Positions 9,842 through 19,334 of a stretch of DNA of 64,000 bases are shown here, piece by piece; the stretch's first letter is position 1, and every line of letters starts with the position of its first letter. The DNA comes from an uncultured delta proteobacterium (GTDB taxonomy: Bacteria; Myxococcota_A; Polyangia; Polyangiales; Polyangiaceae). The translations under genes and the position numbers were made by a program. The stretch is from assembly GCA_963841435.1 (NCBI GenBank), contig CAWJCS010000003.1, positions 1,440,001 to 1,504,000 of the forward strand. The letters run 5' to 3'. The notes beneath the pieces are model-generated. The model had not been told where the DNA came from and searched no databases. It worked only from the letters and a program-made list of their open reading frames with translations.

Positions 9842-11066
9842 TCACCGGACGATCTGATCCGGACAGCCGTAGATGATCTGGACGGTGTCCGAGCCGCTCT
9901 CCTTCACCTTCTCGCACCAGCTGCCGTAGATCTCGACGACGGTCTGCGCTGCGTCGTTGTACGACCAGCCGTCCACCTTGGTGTCGTCGGGCGGCACCTT
10001 CTCGCCGTCGATGTTGACGGCGATGTTCGACGGATCGTCGGGCTTGCTCTGGAGCGGGAACACGCACGTTTTCACGTCGATGGCGATCGCTTCGAGAGCC
10101 GCCGTCAGCTGCTCGGTGCTGTTGCCGAGATAAAACGCGTTGGCACGCGGATTGGCGGATGGAGCGGGACGCCCGCCGGCCGTCGCCATGGCGTTCAGCG
10201 TGTCGACCGCCGAGGTCTTGTTGGTACCGACACCCATCACGAAGGTCGGGATACCGAGGCCGAGCGCCTCGGTGATGGCATCGATCGCGTAGGGTCGCGC
10301 CGCGCTCTGCCCCTCGTCGCCGTCGCCTGGGCCCACGTTGATGCACGACGGCTCGCCGTCGGTGGCGAGCAGAATGTACTTCGGGTTCGTGTCGTCGAGC
10401 GTCGTCAGGTAAGTGACCGCCCGACGAATAGTGTCGCCCGTCGGCGTGCCGTCACCGTCGTCGGACTCGGCGTTGATGGCGCTCGTGACGGCGCCGGCAT
10501 TCTGCTCCGCCACGGGCACGTCGATGCGATCGGTGAGTGACTCGGCGAGACACGCATCGCCGTCACCCGTCCCGCCCTCGGGGAAGGTCTTCATGCCCCA
10601 GTTGATCGCAGTGTCTGTCGCGGGGATGACCGTCAAGAGCGCGGGGCGGATGAGATCCCACTTGGGCGTCGTCACCGTCATGCCGTTCATGTCAACGTAA
10701 TCTTCGGGCGGGTCCTGTTGCGACGCCGAGCGGTCGAGCAGGAGCAGGACGTCGGCCGGCTTGCGCTCGAGGTCGAAATACTGGAGCCCGCACTGCGTCG
10801 CCCCCGCGCTACCACCGCTTTCCACGCTGATCGTGCCGCCGGAGCCCGAGCCCGAGCTCGAGCCACCCGTGGCGCCGGAGCCGCCCACGCCCGACGAAGC
10901 GCCGCTCCCGGAGCTGCCGCCCGCCCCGCCCGTCGTGGCGAGCGTGCCACCCGTTGCCGCCGTGCCCAGAATCCTCCGGGGCGCCCGATTTGCCCGCGGA
11001 GCACGCCGCGAGCACGGGCAGCACGACCCACGCGGTGCGCGCACCGATTGCTCTGCCCGGAGCCAT
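9842..11066 (-). CDS. vWA-domain lipoprotein (one extra base near 10970; about 407 aa when corrected)
   Basis: Signal and lipobox MAPGRAIGARTAWVVLPVLAAC in one frame; Gly linker and MIDAS motif (LLDRSAS, GTPT, LATDGEP) in another. An alternative GTG start at 11090 overlaps the upstream stop. Confidence 0.8.
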
Positions 11067-11086
11067 GGTCCAAGCGGACATGCGCG

Positions 11087-11767
11087 TCACTCCGGAACGA
11101 ACCACTTGTTCGTCGAGCCGCAGGCCCAGCGCATCGTGCCGTTCGTGTTCAGGCAAACGCAGCCGTGCTGCGTCGTACCGTCCACGAAGTTGCGCGCGAT
11201 GCACTCTTGCCACTCGACGGCGCAGGGGCTGTTCTTCAGGTAGGCCTCGTCGCCCGTCGCGAACTCGACACAGGAAGGGGCGCGGTCGGGGATCATCTGC
11301 TGGCTGGGCGTCCCACAAGCCCATTGTGGCCCGATGCCACCGTCGACGCACGTGCAGCCCTCCTGCAGCGCCGGGTCGGAGATGCTGCGGTCGATGCACT
11401 GAGTGCCGAGCAGTCCCGTGCACGTCCTACCGCGCAGCGCCGGAGCCGTCGCCGTCAGCGGGTCACAGGAGGGGGCCGTGGTCGCGCCCTGCCAGCTCCT
11501 CGGCGGAAAACAGGGGCATTGGGTGTAGACGCCACCCGCGCAGGTGCACACTTTGGTGCCGAGCGAGCTGAAGCCGCACGTGGTCACGGCGTCGTGCGTG
11601 CACAAGTTACCTGGATGCGGGTCGTTCGCGTTGGCATCGTAGCCCTGGTCGAAGGCATACGTACCATCGCGCAAGTCGTCGCTACCGCTCGAGCAGCCGA
11701 CCGCGACGGCGGCGAAGGCCAGCAACGCGGCACTCGCCGCACGCACCGATCTTCGCCACCGTGCCAT
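11087..11767 (-). CDS. Cys-rich lipoprotein
   Basis: MARWRRSVRAASAALLAFAAVAVGC lipobox; repeated CxC...W(A)CG units. Confidence 0.7.
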   Translation of the reverse strand: MARWRRSVRAASAALLAFAAVAVGCSSGSDDLRDGTYAFDQGYDANANDPHPGNLCTHDAVTTCGFSSLGTKVCTCAGGVYTQCPCFPPRSWQGATTAPSCDPLTATAPALRGRTCTGLLGTQCIDRSISDPALQEGCTCVDGGIGPQWACGTPSQQMIPDRAPSCVEFATGDEAYLKNSPCAVEWQECIARNFVDGTTQHGCVCLNTNGTMRWACGSTNKWFVPE

Positions 11768-11784
11768 GGACACTCGAGCCCACC

Positions 11785-12369
11785 TCACATCGCCCACGTC
11801 GAAGGCGGCTTGTCGCAATCCCAAATCTGAGCCGACTCGTCGTCGAGGAAGCAGACACACGCTTCGCCGTTCGCCGCGCCCTCGCAGGTCGCGCCGAGCG
11901 TCGCGCAGGGGACGGTGTCCTGCTCGGCGCCGGTGCAGGGCGTGATGTCGGCGGGCTTCGATTTTGCCCAGTCGAACGGTGACGCCGAAAAGTCGCACGC
12001 GGTGCAGCTCCAGTTGGTCGCGCAATCGCAGACGCGCGTCCCACTGTCGCCGAGGCCGCACACGAGGTTGTCGCAGTGCAGACCCTCGTTGGGGCATGCC
12101 ATGTTGGTCTTGATGCCTTTGCAGTTGGGGTCGGTGTTGGCGGTCCCGGAGGTCCCACCGCTGCCGCTCGAGGTGCCGCCCGTGCCACCGGTCGTGCCGC
12201 CCGTGCCGCCGGTCGTGCCACCCGTGCCGCCGGAGCCACCGCTGGCCCCCGTGCCGCCCGTCGACGGGTCGCCGCCAGCGGGGGTTTCCGCGCTGGAACA
12301 ACCGCTGTAGACCCAGACCTGGGCGCACACCAACAGAACCGTTGCCAATTTCGCTCGACGCATCGTCAT
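11785..12369 (-). CDS. Cys-rich lipoprotein with Gly/Thr linker
   Basis: MTMRRAKLATVLLVCAQVWVYSGC lipobox-like; GGTGGTT linker; CxC..WxC units. Confidence 0.7.
   Translation of the reverse strand: MTMRRAKLATVLLVCAQVWVYSGCSSAETPAGGDPSTGGTGASGGSGGTGGTTGGTGGTTGGTGGTSSGSGGTSGTANTDPNCKGIKTNMACPNEGLHCDNLVCGLGDSGTRVCDCATNWSCTACDFSASPFDWAKSKPADITPCTGAEQDTVPCATLGATCEGAANGEACVCFLDDESAQIWDCDKPPSTWAM
12173..12235 (-). repeat. Imperfect 21-bp tandem repeat (x3) encoding the GGTGGTT linker
   Basis: gtgccgcccgtgccaccggtc / gtgccgcccgtgccgccggtc / gtgccacccgtgccgccggag on the + strand. Confidence 0.7.
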
Positions 12370-12511
12370 GACCTCGCTGTCCGTCCTTTCAGAGCCGCGC
12401 CACGGGGGCCTGCGGGGGAACAATGCCGACGGCCCGCCGTTCGATCACGAAAAGCAGCCGTTGAGCGGCCTCGCCGTGATCGTCACCCACCCTGGGGAGC
12501 ATTAGACGCCC

Positions 12512-13852
12512 ATGGCCGACGCACCCGCCACCCCGCCGCAAGAGCCGACGCCCGCACCCAACGCTCTGGGCCAGGCCATTGGCAGGCATCGCTGGCTGAT
12601 CTGCATGCTCCTGTTTCTGGCGACGACGGTCAATTACATGGACCGGCAGATCCTCTCGCTCCTAAAGCCGATGCTCGACAGGGATCTCGGCTGGACCAAC
12701 GAGCAGTTCGGCGAGGTCAATGCCGCCTTCCAGGGCGCGTATGCCGTCGGCCTGCTCCTGTTCGGCGCCTTCATCGATCGCTTCGGGACCAAGATCGGTT
12801 ACGCGGTGTCCATCGCTGCATGGAGCGTCGCCGCCGTGGCCCATGCAGCCGCGGCGAGCGTCGGCGGCTTCTTCGCGGCGCGCGTCGCACTGGGACTCGG
12901 GGAAGGCGGCAACTTCCCATCCGCGATCAAAGCCGTCGCGATCTGGTTCCCGAAGCGCGAGCGGGCTTACGCCACGGCGCTCTTCAATTCCGGCACCAAC
13001 GTCGGCGCCATCATTGCGCCCGCCATCGTGCCCTGGCTCGCGCTCAACTACGGCTGGCGCTCGGCCTTCGTCGCGGCGGGCATCGCGGGCTTTTTGTGGC
13101 TCGGGCTCTGGATCCCGCTTTACAACGTGCCGGAGAAGGTGAAGGCGCTGAGCCCCGCCGAGAAGGCCTACATCGAGAGTGACCGGGACGACCCTGCGGC
13201 CGAAAACAAGGTCAGCTGGCTCAGAATCCTGCGCTACCGGGCCGCCTGGTCGTTCATCGTGTCGAAGTTTTTGACCGATCCGGTGTGGTGGTTTTTCCTG
13301 ATCTGGCTGCCGGACTACTTCAAGAAGACGCGGAACCTCGACATCAAACAGAGCTGGGTGCACCTCGTGACGATCTACGTGATCGTGACGGTGCTGAGCA
13401 TCATCGGCGGGTGGCTCGTCGGCTACATGGTGCGCCGAGGGCAGAGCGTTTCCCGCGCCCGCAAGACGAGCATGCTCGGATGCGCCCTGCTCGTGTTGCC
13501 GATCCTGCTCGTCACGAAGGTGGGCGTGTGGGGGGCCGTCGGGCTCATCGGCCTCGCCGGCGCCGCCCACCAGGCGTGGTCCGCGAACCTTTTTACCACC
13601 GTGTCCGACATGTTCCCGAAGCGCGCCGTCGCGTCGGTCGTCGGCATCGGTGGCATGGCCGGCTCCTTCGGCGGCATCTTGTTCCCGATCTACACGGGGA
13701 AATTGCTCGACCGCTTCCAGGCATCCGGGAACGTGACGGCCGGCTACGCTGCGCTGTTCGCCATCTGCGGATCCGCGTACCTGATTGCGTTCGCACTGAG
13801 CCACGTGCTCTCGCCACGCTTCGAACCCATCAAGCTGGACGACGCGCGCTGA
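12512..13852 (+). CDS. exuT: MFS hexuronate transporter (ExuT-like)
   Basis: RWLICMLLFLATTVNYMDRQ, LGLGEGGNFP, WFPKRERAYA, KFLTDPVWWFFLIWLP, AAHQAWSANLFT; pectin-gene context. Confidence 0.88.
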   Translation: MADAPATPPQEPTPAPNALGQAIGRHRWLICMLLFLATTVNYMDRQILSLLKPMLDRDLGWTNEQFGEVNAAFQGAYAVGLLLFGAFIDRFGTKIGYAVSIAAWSVAAVAHAAAASVGGFFAARVALGLGEGGNFPSAIKAVAIWFPKRERAYATALFNSGTNVGAIIAPAIVPWLALNYGWRSAFVAAGIAGFLWLGLWIPLYNVPEKVKALSPAEKAYIESDRDDPAAENKVSWLRILRYRAAWSFIVSKFLTDPVWWFFLIWLPDYFKKTRNLDIKQSWVHLVTIYVIVTVLSIIGGWLVGYMVRRGQSVSRARKTSMLGCALLVLPILLVTKVGVWGAVGLIGLAGAAHQAWSANLFTTVSDMFPKRAVASVVGIGGMAGSFGGILFPIYTGKLLDRFQASGNVTAGYAALFAICGSAYLIAFALSHVLSPRFEPIKLDDAR

Positions 13853-13908
13853 GCCGCCGCGGGCGGCCGGCGTGCGCCCCGGTGTACCGCCCGTCGATTC
13901 GCGCGCGC

Positions 13909-14745
13909 TCAGCGCAAGAAAACGCTGTTCGAGTCGTACTGGCAGAAGACGCCGTTAACGTCGCTCTTCGTCTTCGTGGGCTCGAGCCCCTTCGAGTTGC
14001 CAATCCACTTCTGGCAAACGGGAAAGCTCGGCTTGACGGCGCGGTAGATGGTGTTGATACCGCGAAAGACCGCTTCGTCGCCGTAGTTCTCGTTGATGCC
14101 GACGAGGCACGACGAGCGCTTCCCCACGACGGCGGTGACGTTCTCGACGATCACGCGACGCTTCCCCTGGCGGCTGCAGTTGCCGCAAGAGCGGTAGAGC
14201 TTGCCGAAGTGCTCCACGTAGAAATTCTTGATGATCATGGTGCCCTGGCCGTTGTTCTGGAACACCTTGTCCATGGCACCGCTCGCGCCACCGCGATCGA
14301 TGATCATCACGTCGCTGGGCACCTGCCCGCGGAAGGTCGCCGCGTCCTCACCGACGCGCTCCCACCAGACGTTGCGCAGTGTGCACGAGCCGTAGCAGTG
14401 GATGCCGTCGGCCGCTGGGTCACCGATGATGACGTTCTCGAGCACGGCGCCGTCCGAGAGGCGAAACAGCGGAGCTTGGTTTTCGTCCTGGCCGCTCGTG
14501 CCGAGCTCGTCCACGCCGTAAAAGCGCTGCATCTTACCGTCGAAATGGCCCGCGATGCGGCGTGTCGCGTCAACTCCCACCTCGCCCGTCGGCGTCGGCC
14601 AGCGGACGAGCGGGGACGCCGCGGGATGGCGGTTGAAGTAAGTGACGTTCTCGGCCTCACCCGCGCAGGCCGGGAGCCCCGCGGCCAAAAGCCCCACGAG
14701 CGCTGCGCCGAGCGACGCGCTTAGTCGTCTTTTCGAACGTCTCAC
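13909..14745 (-). CDS. Pectate lyase, PL3 family, lipoprotein
   Basis: FDGKMQRF, QDENQAPLF, AADGIHC, VWWERVGEDAATF, DKVFQNNG, GKLYRSCGNC, GINENYGD; lipobox LPAC; GTG start at 14745 inferred. Confidence 0.93.
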   Translation of the reverse strand: MRRSKRRLSASLGAALVGLLAAGLPACAGEAENVTYFNRHPAASPLVRWPTPTGEVGVDATRRIAGHFDGKMQRFYGVDELGTSGQDENQAPLFRLSDGAVLENVIIGDPAADGIHCYGSCTLRNVWWERVGEDAATFRGQVPSDVMIIDRGGASGAMDKVFQNNGQGTMIIKNFYVEHFGKLYRSCGNCSRQGKRRVIVENVTAVVGKRSSCLVGINENYGDEAVFRGINTIYRAVKPSFPVCQKWIGNSKGLEPTKTKSDVNGVFCQYDSNSVFLR

Positions 14746-14767
14746 GATCGTTTTCGCCTTCCGCGCC

Positions 14768-15529
14768 TCAGCGCCCGAGCCAACCCCCGTCCACGGCGAG
14801 CAGGTGCCCGTGGATGTAGTCACTCGCCGGAGCGCAGAGAAACACGGCCGCGCCGGCGATGTCGGAGGGCTCCGCCCAGCGGCCAGCGGGGATCCGCTCC
14901 AGGATCTGCCGGCTGCGCGTCGCGTCCTTCTGCAAGGCGGCCGTGTTGTCGGTCTTCACGTAGCCCGGCGCGATGGCGTTGACGTTCACGCCGAGCGACG
15001 CCCACTCGTTGGCGAGCGCCTTCGTGAGCTGCGCGACACCACCCTTGGACGCTGCGTAGGCCGGCACGGTGATGCCGCCCTGGAACGACAAGAGCGAGGC
15101 AATGTTGATGATCTTGCCGGTGCCCTGGAGAATCATGCGCCGGCCGGCGGCCTGGCAGAGGCGAAAGACACTCGATAGATTCACCTCGATGACGGTCGCC
15201 CAGTCCTCCTCCGAATACTCGACGGCCGGTGCGCGACGGATGGTCCCCGCGTTGTTCACGAGTATGTCGATGCGCCCGAGGCCCTGGAGCGTGTCCTCGA
15301 CGAGCTGTGTCGCGGTCTCACTACGAGCGAGGTCGCCCCGCAGCGCGAGAGCGTTCTTACCGAGCTCGCGCACGCGCTGGCTCGTGGCGTCGGGCTTGCG
15401 CGCGTTGCCGTGGCAGGCCACGTCGGCTCCGGCCGCAGCGAGCGCCGTAGCGATGGCGGCGCCGATGCCCGTGGCGGCACCGGTGACGAGCGCCGCCATG
15501 CCGTCGAGACGGAAGGGGTCCTGACTCAT
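14768..15529 (-). CDS. kduD: 2-dehydro-3-deoxy-D-gluconate 5-dehydrogenase
   Basis: SDR motifs TGAATGIG, NNAGTIRR, IASLLSFQGGITVPAYAASKGGV, ALANEWA; start overlaps the upstream stop (ATGA). Confidence 0.93.
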   Translation of the reverse strand: MSQDPFRLDGMAALVTGAATGIGAAIATALAAAGADVACHGNARKPDATSQRVRELGKNALALRGDLARSETATQLVEDTLQGLGRIDILVNNAGTIRRAPAVEYSEEDWATVIEVNLSSVFRLCQAAGRRMILQGTGKIINIASLLSFQGGITVPAYAASKGGVAQLTKALANEWASLGVNVNAIAPGYVKTDNTAALQKDATRSRQILERIPAGRWAEPSDIAGAAVFLCAPASDYIHGHLLAVDGGWLGR

Positions 15530-16365
15530 CGCCCTCCGCCGGTCGCGTCGTGGCTCGCCTCGAGCCCGGAGCCTGCCTGATCGAAGCCGGGCTGCACGTT
15601 GACGACGCCGAATTGGCGATCCTCGACCTCGCGGTGCGCGGCCATGATCCAAATGAAATTGATGCTGTGCCCGGGGGCGGCGACGTTCGGGTGATACCCG
15701 GCGGGCATGAGCACGGCGTCGCCGTCGTGCACGAGGTTCACGAACTCGGGCTTGTCGGCCTGCGTGTAGACGAGCTGAATGCCGAACGCGGGCGCCGGCA
15801 TGTCGAAGTACACGTAGAGCTCCTCGAGCATCTTCGTGTGCTCGTGGGGCGGCCAGCTCGTCCAGTTGCCCGGCACCGAGCGCGTGAAACCAGCCAGTAG
15901 CCGCCCGGCCTCGACGTTCTTGCCGATGATGATGTTGAGGTCGCGCGAGGTCGAGTCGCCGCCGGCACGAAAGTGCAGCGCCGGATCCTGCTTGACGTCG
16001 GCATATCGCACGATCTGAAGCGGGTACTTGCCCTCGACCGCCGCCGAGCACTCCACGAGGTCGACCTCCTTCGTGGTGGTCACCTTCACGCTGCTGTCGC
16101 GGGGGACGTAAATCGCGTCGTAGGTGTCGATCGGGTAGAGCTTCCCGTTGACGGTCACCTCACAGGCGCCGCCCATGCAAAGGAGCGCCGTCTCGTGGCT
16201 GCCCGTGTCGAACGCCACGCTCGAGGTCTCGCCGTCGAGGCGGATGCGCCCGTAGTGGAGGTGGTTTAGGTCACTGTTTTCCGGGGAGACGGCGCGCGAG
16301 CGGCCCGTTTTCGACGCGGTGCCGGAGAAGATCAATCGCTTGGGGTCGAGGACTGCCGTTAACAT
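15526..16365 (-). CDS. KduI/IolB-superfamily cupin isomerase (IolB-type motif)
   Basis: GNWTSWPPHEH, LEELYVY, MPAGYHPNVAAPG; translationally coupled to kduD. Confidence 0.85.
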   Translation of the reverse strand: MLTAVLDPKRLIFSGTASKTGRSRAVSPENSDLNHLHYGRIRLDGETSSVAFDTGSHETALLCMGGACEVTVNGKLYPIDTYDAIYVPRDSSVKVTTTKEVDLVECSAAVEGKYPLQIVRYADVKQDPALHFRAGGDSTSRDLNIIIGKNVEAGRLLAGFTRSVPGNWTSWPPHEHTKMLEELYVYFDMPAPAFGIQLVYTQADKPEFVNLVHDGDAVLMPAGYHPNVAAPGHSINFIWIMAAHREVEDRQFGVVNVQPGFDQAGSGLEASHDATGGGR

Positions 16366-16592
16366 GGTCGTTTAGTACCGGTCCGCATGGCGCCGCGCAA
16401 TCGCGCCCCGCGCGTTCGGCTCTCGGCCGGTTCCACGACGAAGGGCACCCCTCGGGGCACCCGACGACGTTTCCCTAATGCGCGCCGCGCGCGCTTTGAT
16501 CACGACTGCTGTTCGAGAGCCCCGCTCGGGCGCGCACATGCCAAAAGGGTCGCCCCGTTTCCGCCGGCACGGAAATTGCGCGCCCTGCCACA

Positions 16593-17672
16593 TCAGTGCG
16601 GCCCGACCCCGGCGCGGAGCCGATCCTCGAGGCCGCTCGTGCCGTCGAGCTCGTACGGATAGGGCGGCGTGAAGACGCCGGAACCGACGTCCGCCGTGCT
16701 GCCGCTGACGCTCAGGTAGAGGTTGCCGCGCGAGGACGCCACGCTCTCGGCGTTCGAGTAGTCCGTGGTGTCGATGGGGTCGGAAACGCCGATGAAGACG
16801 TTGTTCTCCGTGAGCACGTTCGCGTTCCAGCCAATCCCCACGCAGTAGTTGTTGCCGGACGCGGTGTAGAGGTTGTTGAACAGGTGGACGAGGCCGTAGC
16901 GGACGCGCGGCATGCGCTCGTGCGCCCGGTCAGCCCACCAGTCGTGGTGGAAGGTGACCCTGAGGTGACCCATGTCACCCGTGGCGCTGTCGCTCCCACC
17001 GATCAAGTTCGAGAAATGGTGACCGCCATCGCGCTCGTGCGAGTACCAAAACTTCGACCAGGAGACCGTCACGTAATCGGACTGTTCGGTGATGTCGAGG
17101 TTTCCGTCCGAGCCGTCCGAGATGTCGCAATGGTCAACCCAAACGTGGTGGGCGCCGCTGCGAATCGTCACGGCGTCGGAGCCCGAGGAGCAGTCGGGCA
17201 CGCCGCCGTTCGTCCCTTGCGCATCCGCGCAGTCGTTCCCCACGACCTTGAGGTTTCTCAGGATCACGTTGAACGACTCGTCGATGCGCACGGCGCCGTG
17301 AATTTCCGCCCCCGTCGCACCCTCGACGGTCTTGTTCGAACCGATCGAGATGCGTTCACCGTCGCCCACGCTGCCGTTGACGCGGACGACCCGTGGCGCC
17401 GTGCCGGCGATGGCGCTCAGCAATTCGGCCGTCGTGCTCACTTCGACGAGGTCGCCACCGTCGCCCCCCGTGGTTCCGTTCTGCCCGAGCGCATCGACCG
17501 AGGCCCAGCCGGTCGGGCTCGCGTCGTCGGGCGGGGGTGGTGGTGGAGGGTTTTCGCCTTCCATTCCCGCGCTGCCGTCGGCGGGCGCTGGAAAGCCAGT
17601 CGGCGCGCTCGAGCATGCGGCACCCGCTAGCAACGCAACCATGGCCATCGACACGCTTCTCATCGGCTTCAC
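16593..17672 (-). CDS. Pectate lyase, PL1 family, lipoprotein
   Basis: GTTGG, SNKTVEG, NVILRNL, VWVDHC, DGNLDI, VTFHHDW, RMPRVRYG, HLFNN; lipobox GAAC and Pro linker. Confidence 0.95.
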   Translation of the reverse strand: MKPMRSVSMAMVALLAGAACSSAPTGFPAPADGSAGMEGENPPPPPPPDDASPTGWASVDALGQNGTTGGDGGDLVEVSTTAELLSAIAGTAPRVVRVNGSVGDGERISIGSNKTVEGATGAEIHGAVRIDESFNVILRNLKVVGNDCADAQGTNGGVPDCSSGSDAVTIRSGAHHVWVDHCDISDGSDGNLDITEQSDYVTVSWSKFWYSHERDGGHHFSNLIGGSDSATGDMGHLRVTFHHDWWADRAHERMPRVRYGLVHLFNNLYTASGNNYCVGIGWNANVLTENNVFIGVSDPIDTTDYSNAESVASSRGNLYLSVSGSTADVGSGVFTPPYPYELDGTSGLEDRLRAGVGPH

Positions 17673-19334
17673 CCGTCGCGCAGGCGCACGGCCTGGCGTC
17701 CTACTTCTGGCTTCGTCGAGACTTTCTTCTTCGCAGCGCCGAGCTCGTTGTCACTCACGACGATGCGGGCGCTCTTCTCGCCGCTCACCTCGAGGAAGAC
17801 CCCCGTGCCCGGGGCCGCGCGGCAGCCGTGCACGAAGAGGTCGCGCGCGTCCGAGACGCGGATGACCGGGCTCACGCCGTCGAGCGCGCGCCCCGCCACA
17901 CGGCTGAGCTCCATGTCCTCCACGTGCTCGAGAATCGAGCGCCGGGCCCTCGGCCGCTTCCACGGCGAGCCCGTCGAACGAAACACCGCGCGCTTCGGCC
18001 ACGGCCACGCCGTGCTGGGCCCGCAGGCGCACGTCGCTCAAGGTCACGTCCTCGATGGGCGCCTCGGGCAGGCCCAAAATGCGTACCGCCGTCTTCGCCT
18101 CGCCGGTCACCCCGCTCACGTGAATGCGCCGAAAGTGCGGGGTTCGCTCGGAAACCGGCTCTTCGGGTGCGTCCGTGTAGTGCAGGTTCAGCATCAAGGC
18201 CTCCTCGCGGATGCCCTTCATGACGACGTTGCTCACGCGCACGTCCTCTACGACGCCGCCGCGTCCGCGCGTCGACTTGATGCGGATGCCCCTGTCGGTG
18301 CCGTCGAACACGCAGTTGTCGATGACGATCTTTCGCACGCTCCCCGACATCTCGCTGCCGATGACGACGCCCCCGTGCCCCCGCAGCATGGTCGAGTTCG
18401 TGATGGTGTAGTTCTCGGCGGGGCGGCCGATGCGGCGACCCTGCCGGTCTCGCCCACTCTTGATGGTGATGCAGTCGTCGCCGACGCTGATGTGGCAGTC
18501 GGAAATGTGCACATTTCGGCACGAGTCGGGGTTGATGCCGTCGGTGTTGGGGCCGTCCTCGGGGTTCTCGATCGTGACGCCCGAGACCGTCACGCCGTCG
18601 CAGTACACGGGGTTCAGCGTCCAGAACGGCGAGCGCGTGAGGCGGACGTCGCGCACGGACACGTTCCGGCAGTCGATGAGCTGCACGAGGGGCGGCCTGA
18701 GGAAGCCGATCTCGAGCAGCAAAGGGTCGTCGGGCAGCTCGAGACCCCTATTTTGCCGCGCGAACTCGAGCTCGTAGCGCGACGGTGCGCTCACCTTGCC
18801 CGTCCGCTGCCGCTCCTCCTTGAGCTCGCGAAAGCGGTGCCACCAGGGCTCGCCTTGCCCGTCGATCGTACCGCGCCCGTGGATCGCGACGTTCTCGACG
18901 TTCACGGCGTAGATGAGCGGCGAGAACCCCATCACCTCGGTGCCCTCCCAACGCAGACGCACCATCGGCAGGTAGTCGTCGAAATTCTGGCTGAAGCGCA
19001 GCGTGGCGCCGGCGTCGACGAACAGCGTGACGTTGCTCGCGAGGCGGATGGGACCGGTGAGGTAGTCGCCCGCGGGGAACACCACGGTACCGCCACCGCG
19101 CGCGGTCGCCGCCGCGATGGCGCGGGCGATCGCGGCCGTGCCCATGGTCTTGCCGTCGGGCGCGGCACCGTGCTCTCGCACGTCGAAAAACGGCGCGTCA
19201 TAACGCCGCGCCGCCGGGGGTGCGTCGGGTGGCAGGGCGCCGGCGCCAGGAGCCCCGGGCGGTCGCGCGGGCGCGCAGCCCACCGCCGTCAGGCAGCCGA
19301 GCACGACATCACGCCGGTCAACGACGAAGCTCAT
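17669..19334 (-). CDS. GH28 polygalacturonase-family glycoside hydrolase, probable Tat lipoprotein (one extra base near 17933; about 554 aa when corrected)
   Basis: PNTDGINPD, GDDCITIKSG, GHGGVVIGSE, RGIRIKS; N-terminus DRRDVVLGCLTAVGC; the C-terminal beta-helix continues in ORF 17669..17986. Confidence 0.92.

Noticed and set aside
16564-16580. Sigma-54-like -24/-12 element CCGGCACGGAAATTGCG on the + strand
   Set aside because: GG-N10-GC spacing is correct, but it points antisense into the PL1 gene with no + strand gene downstream; may be chance.
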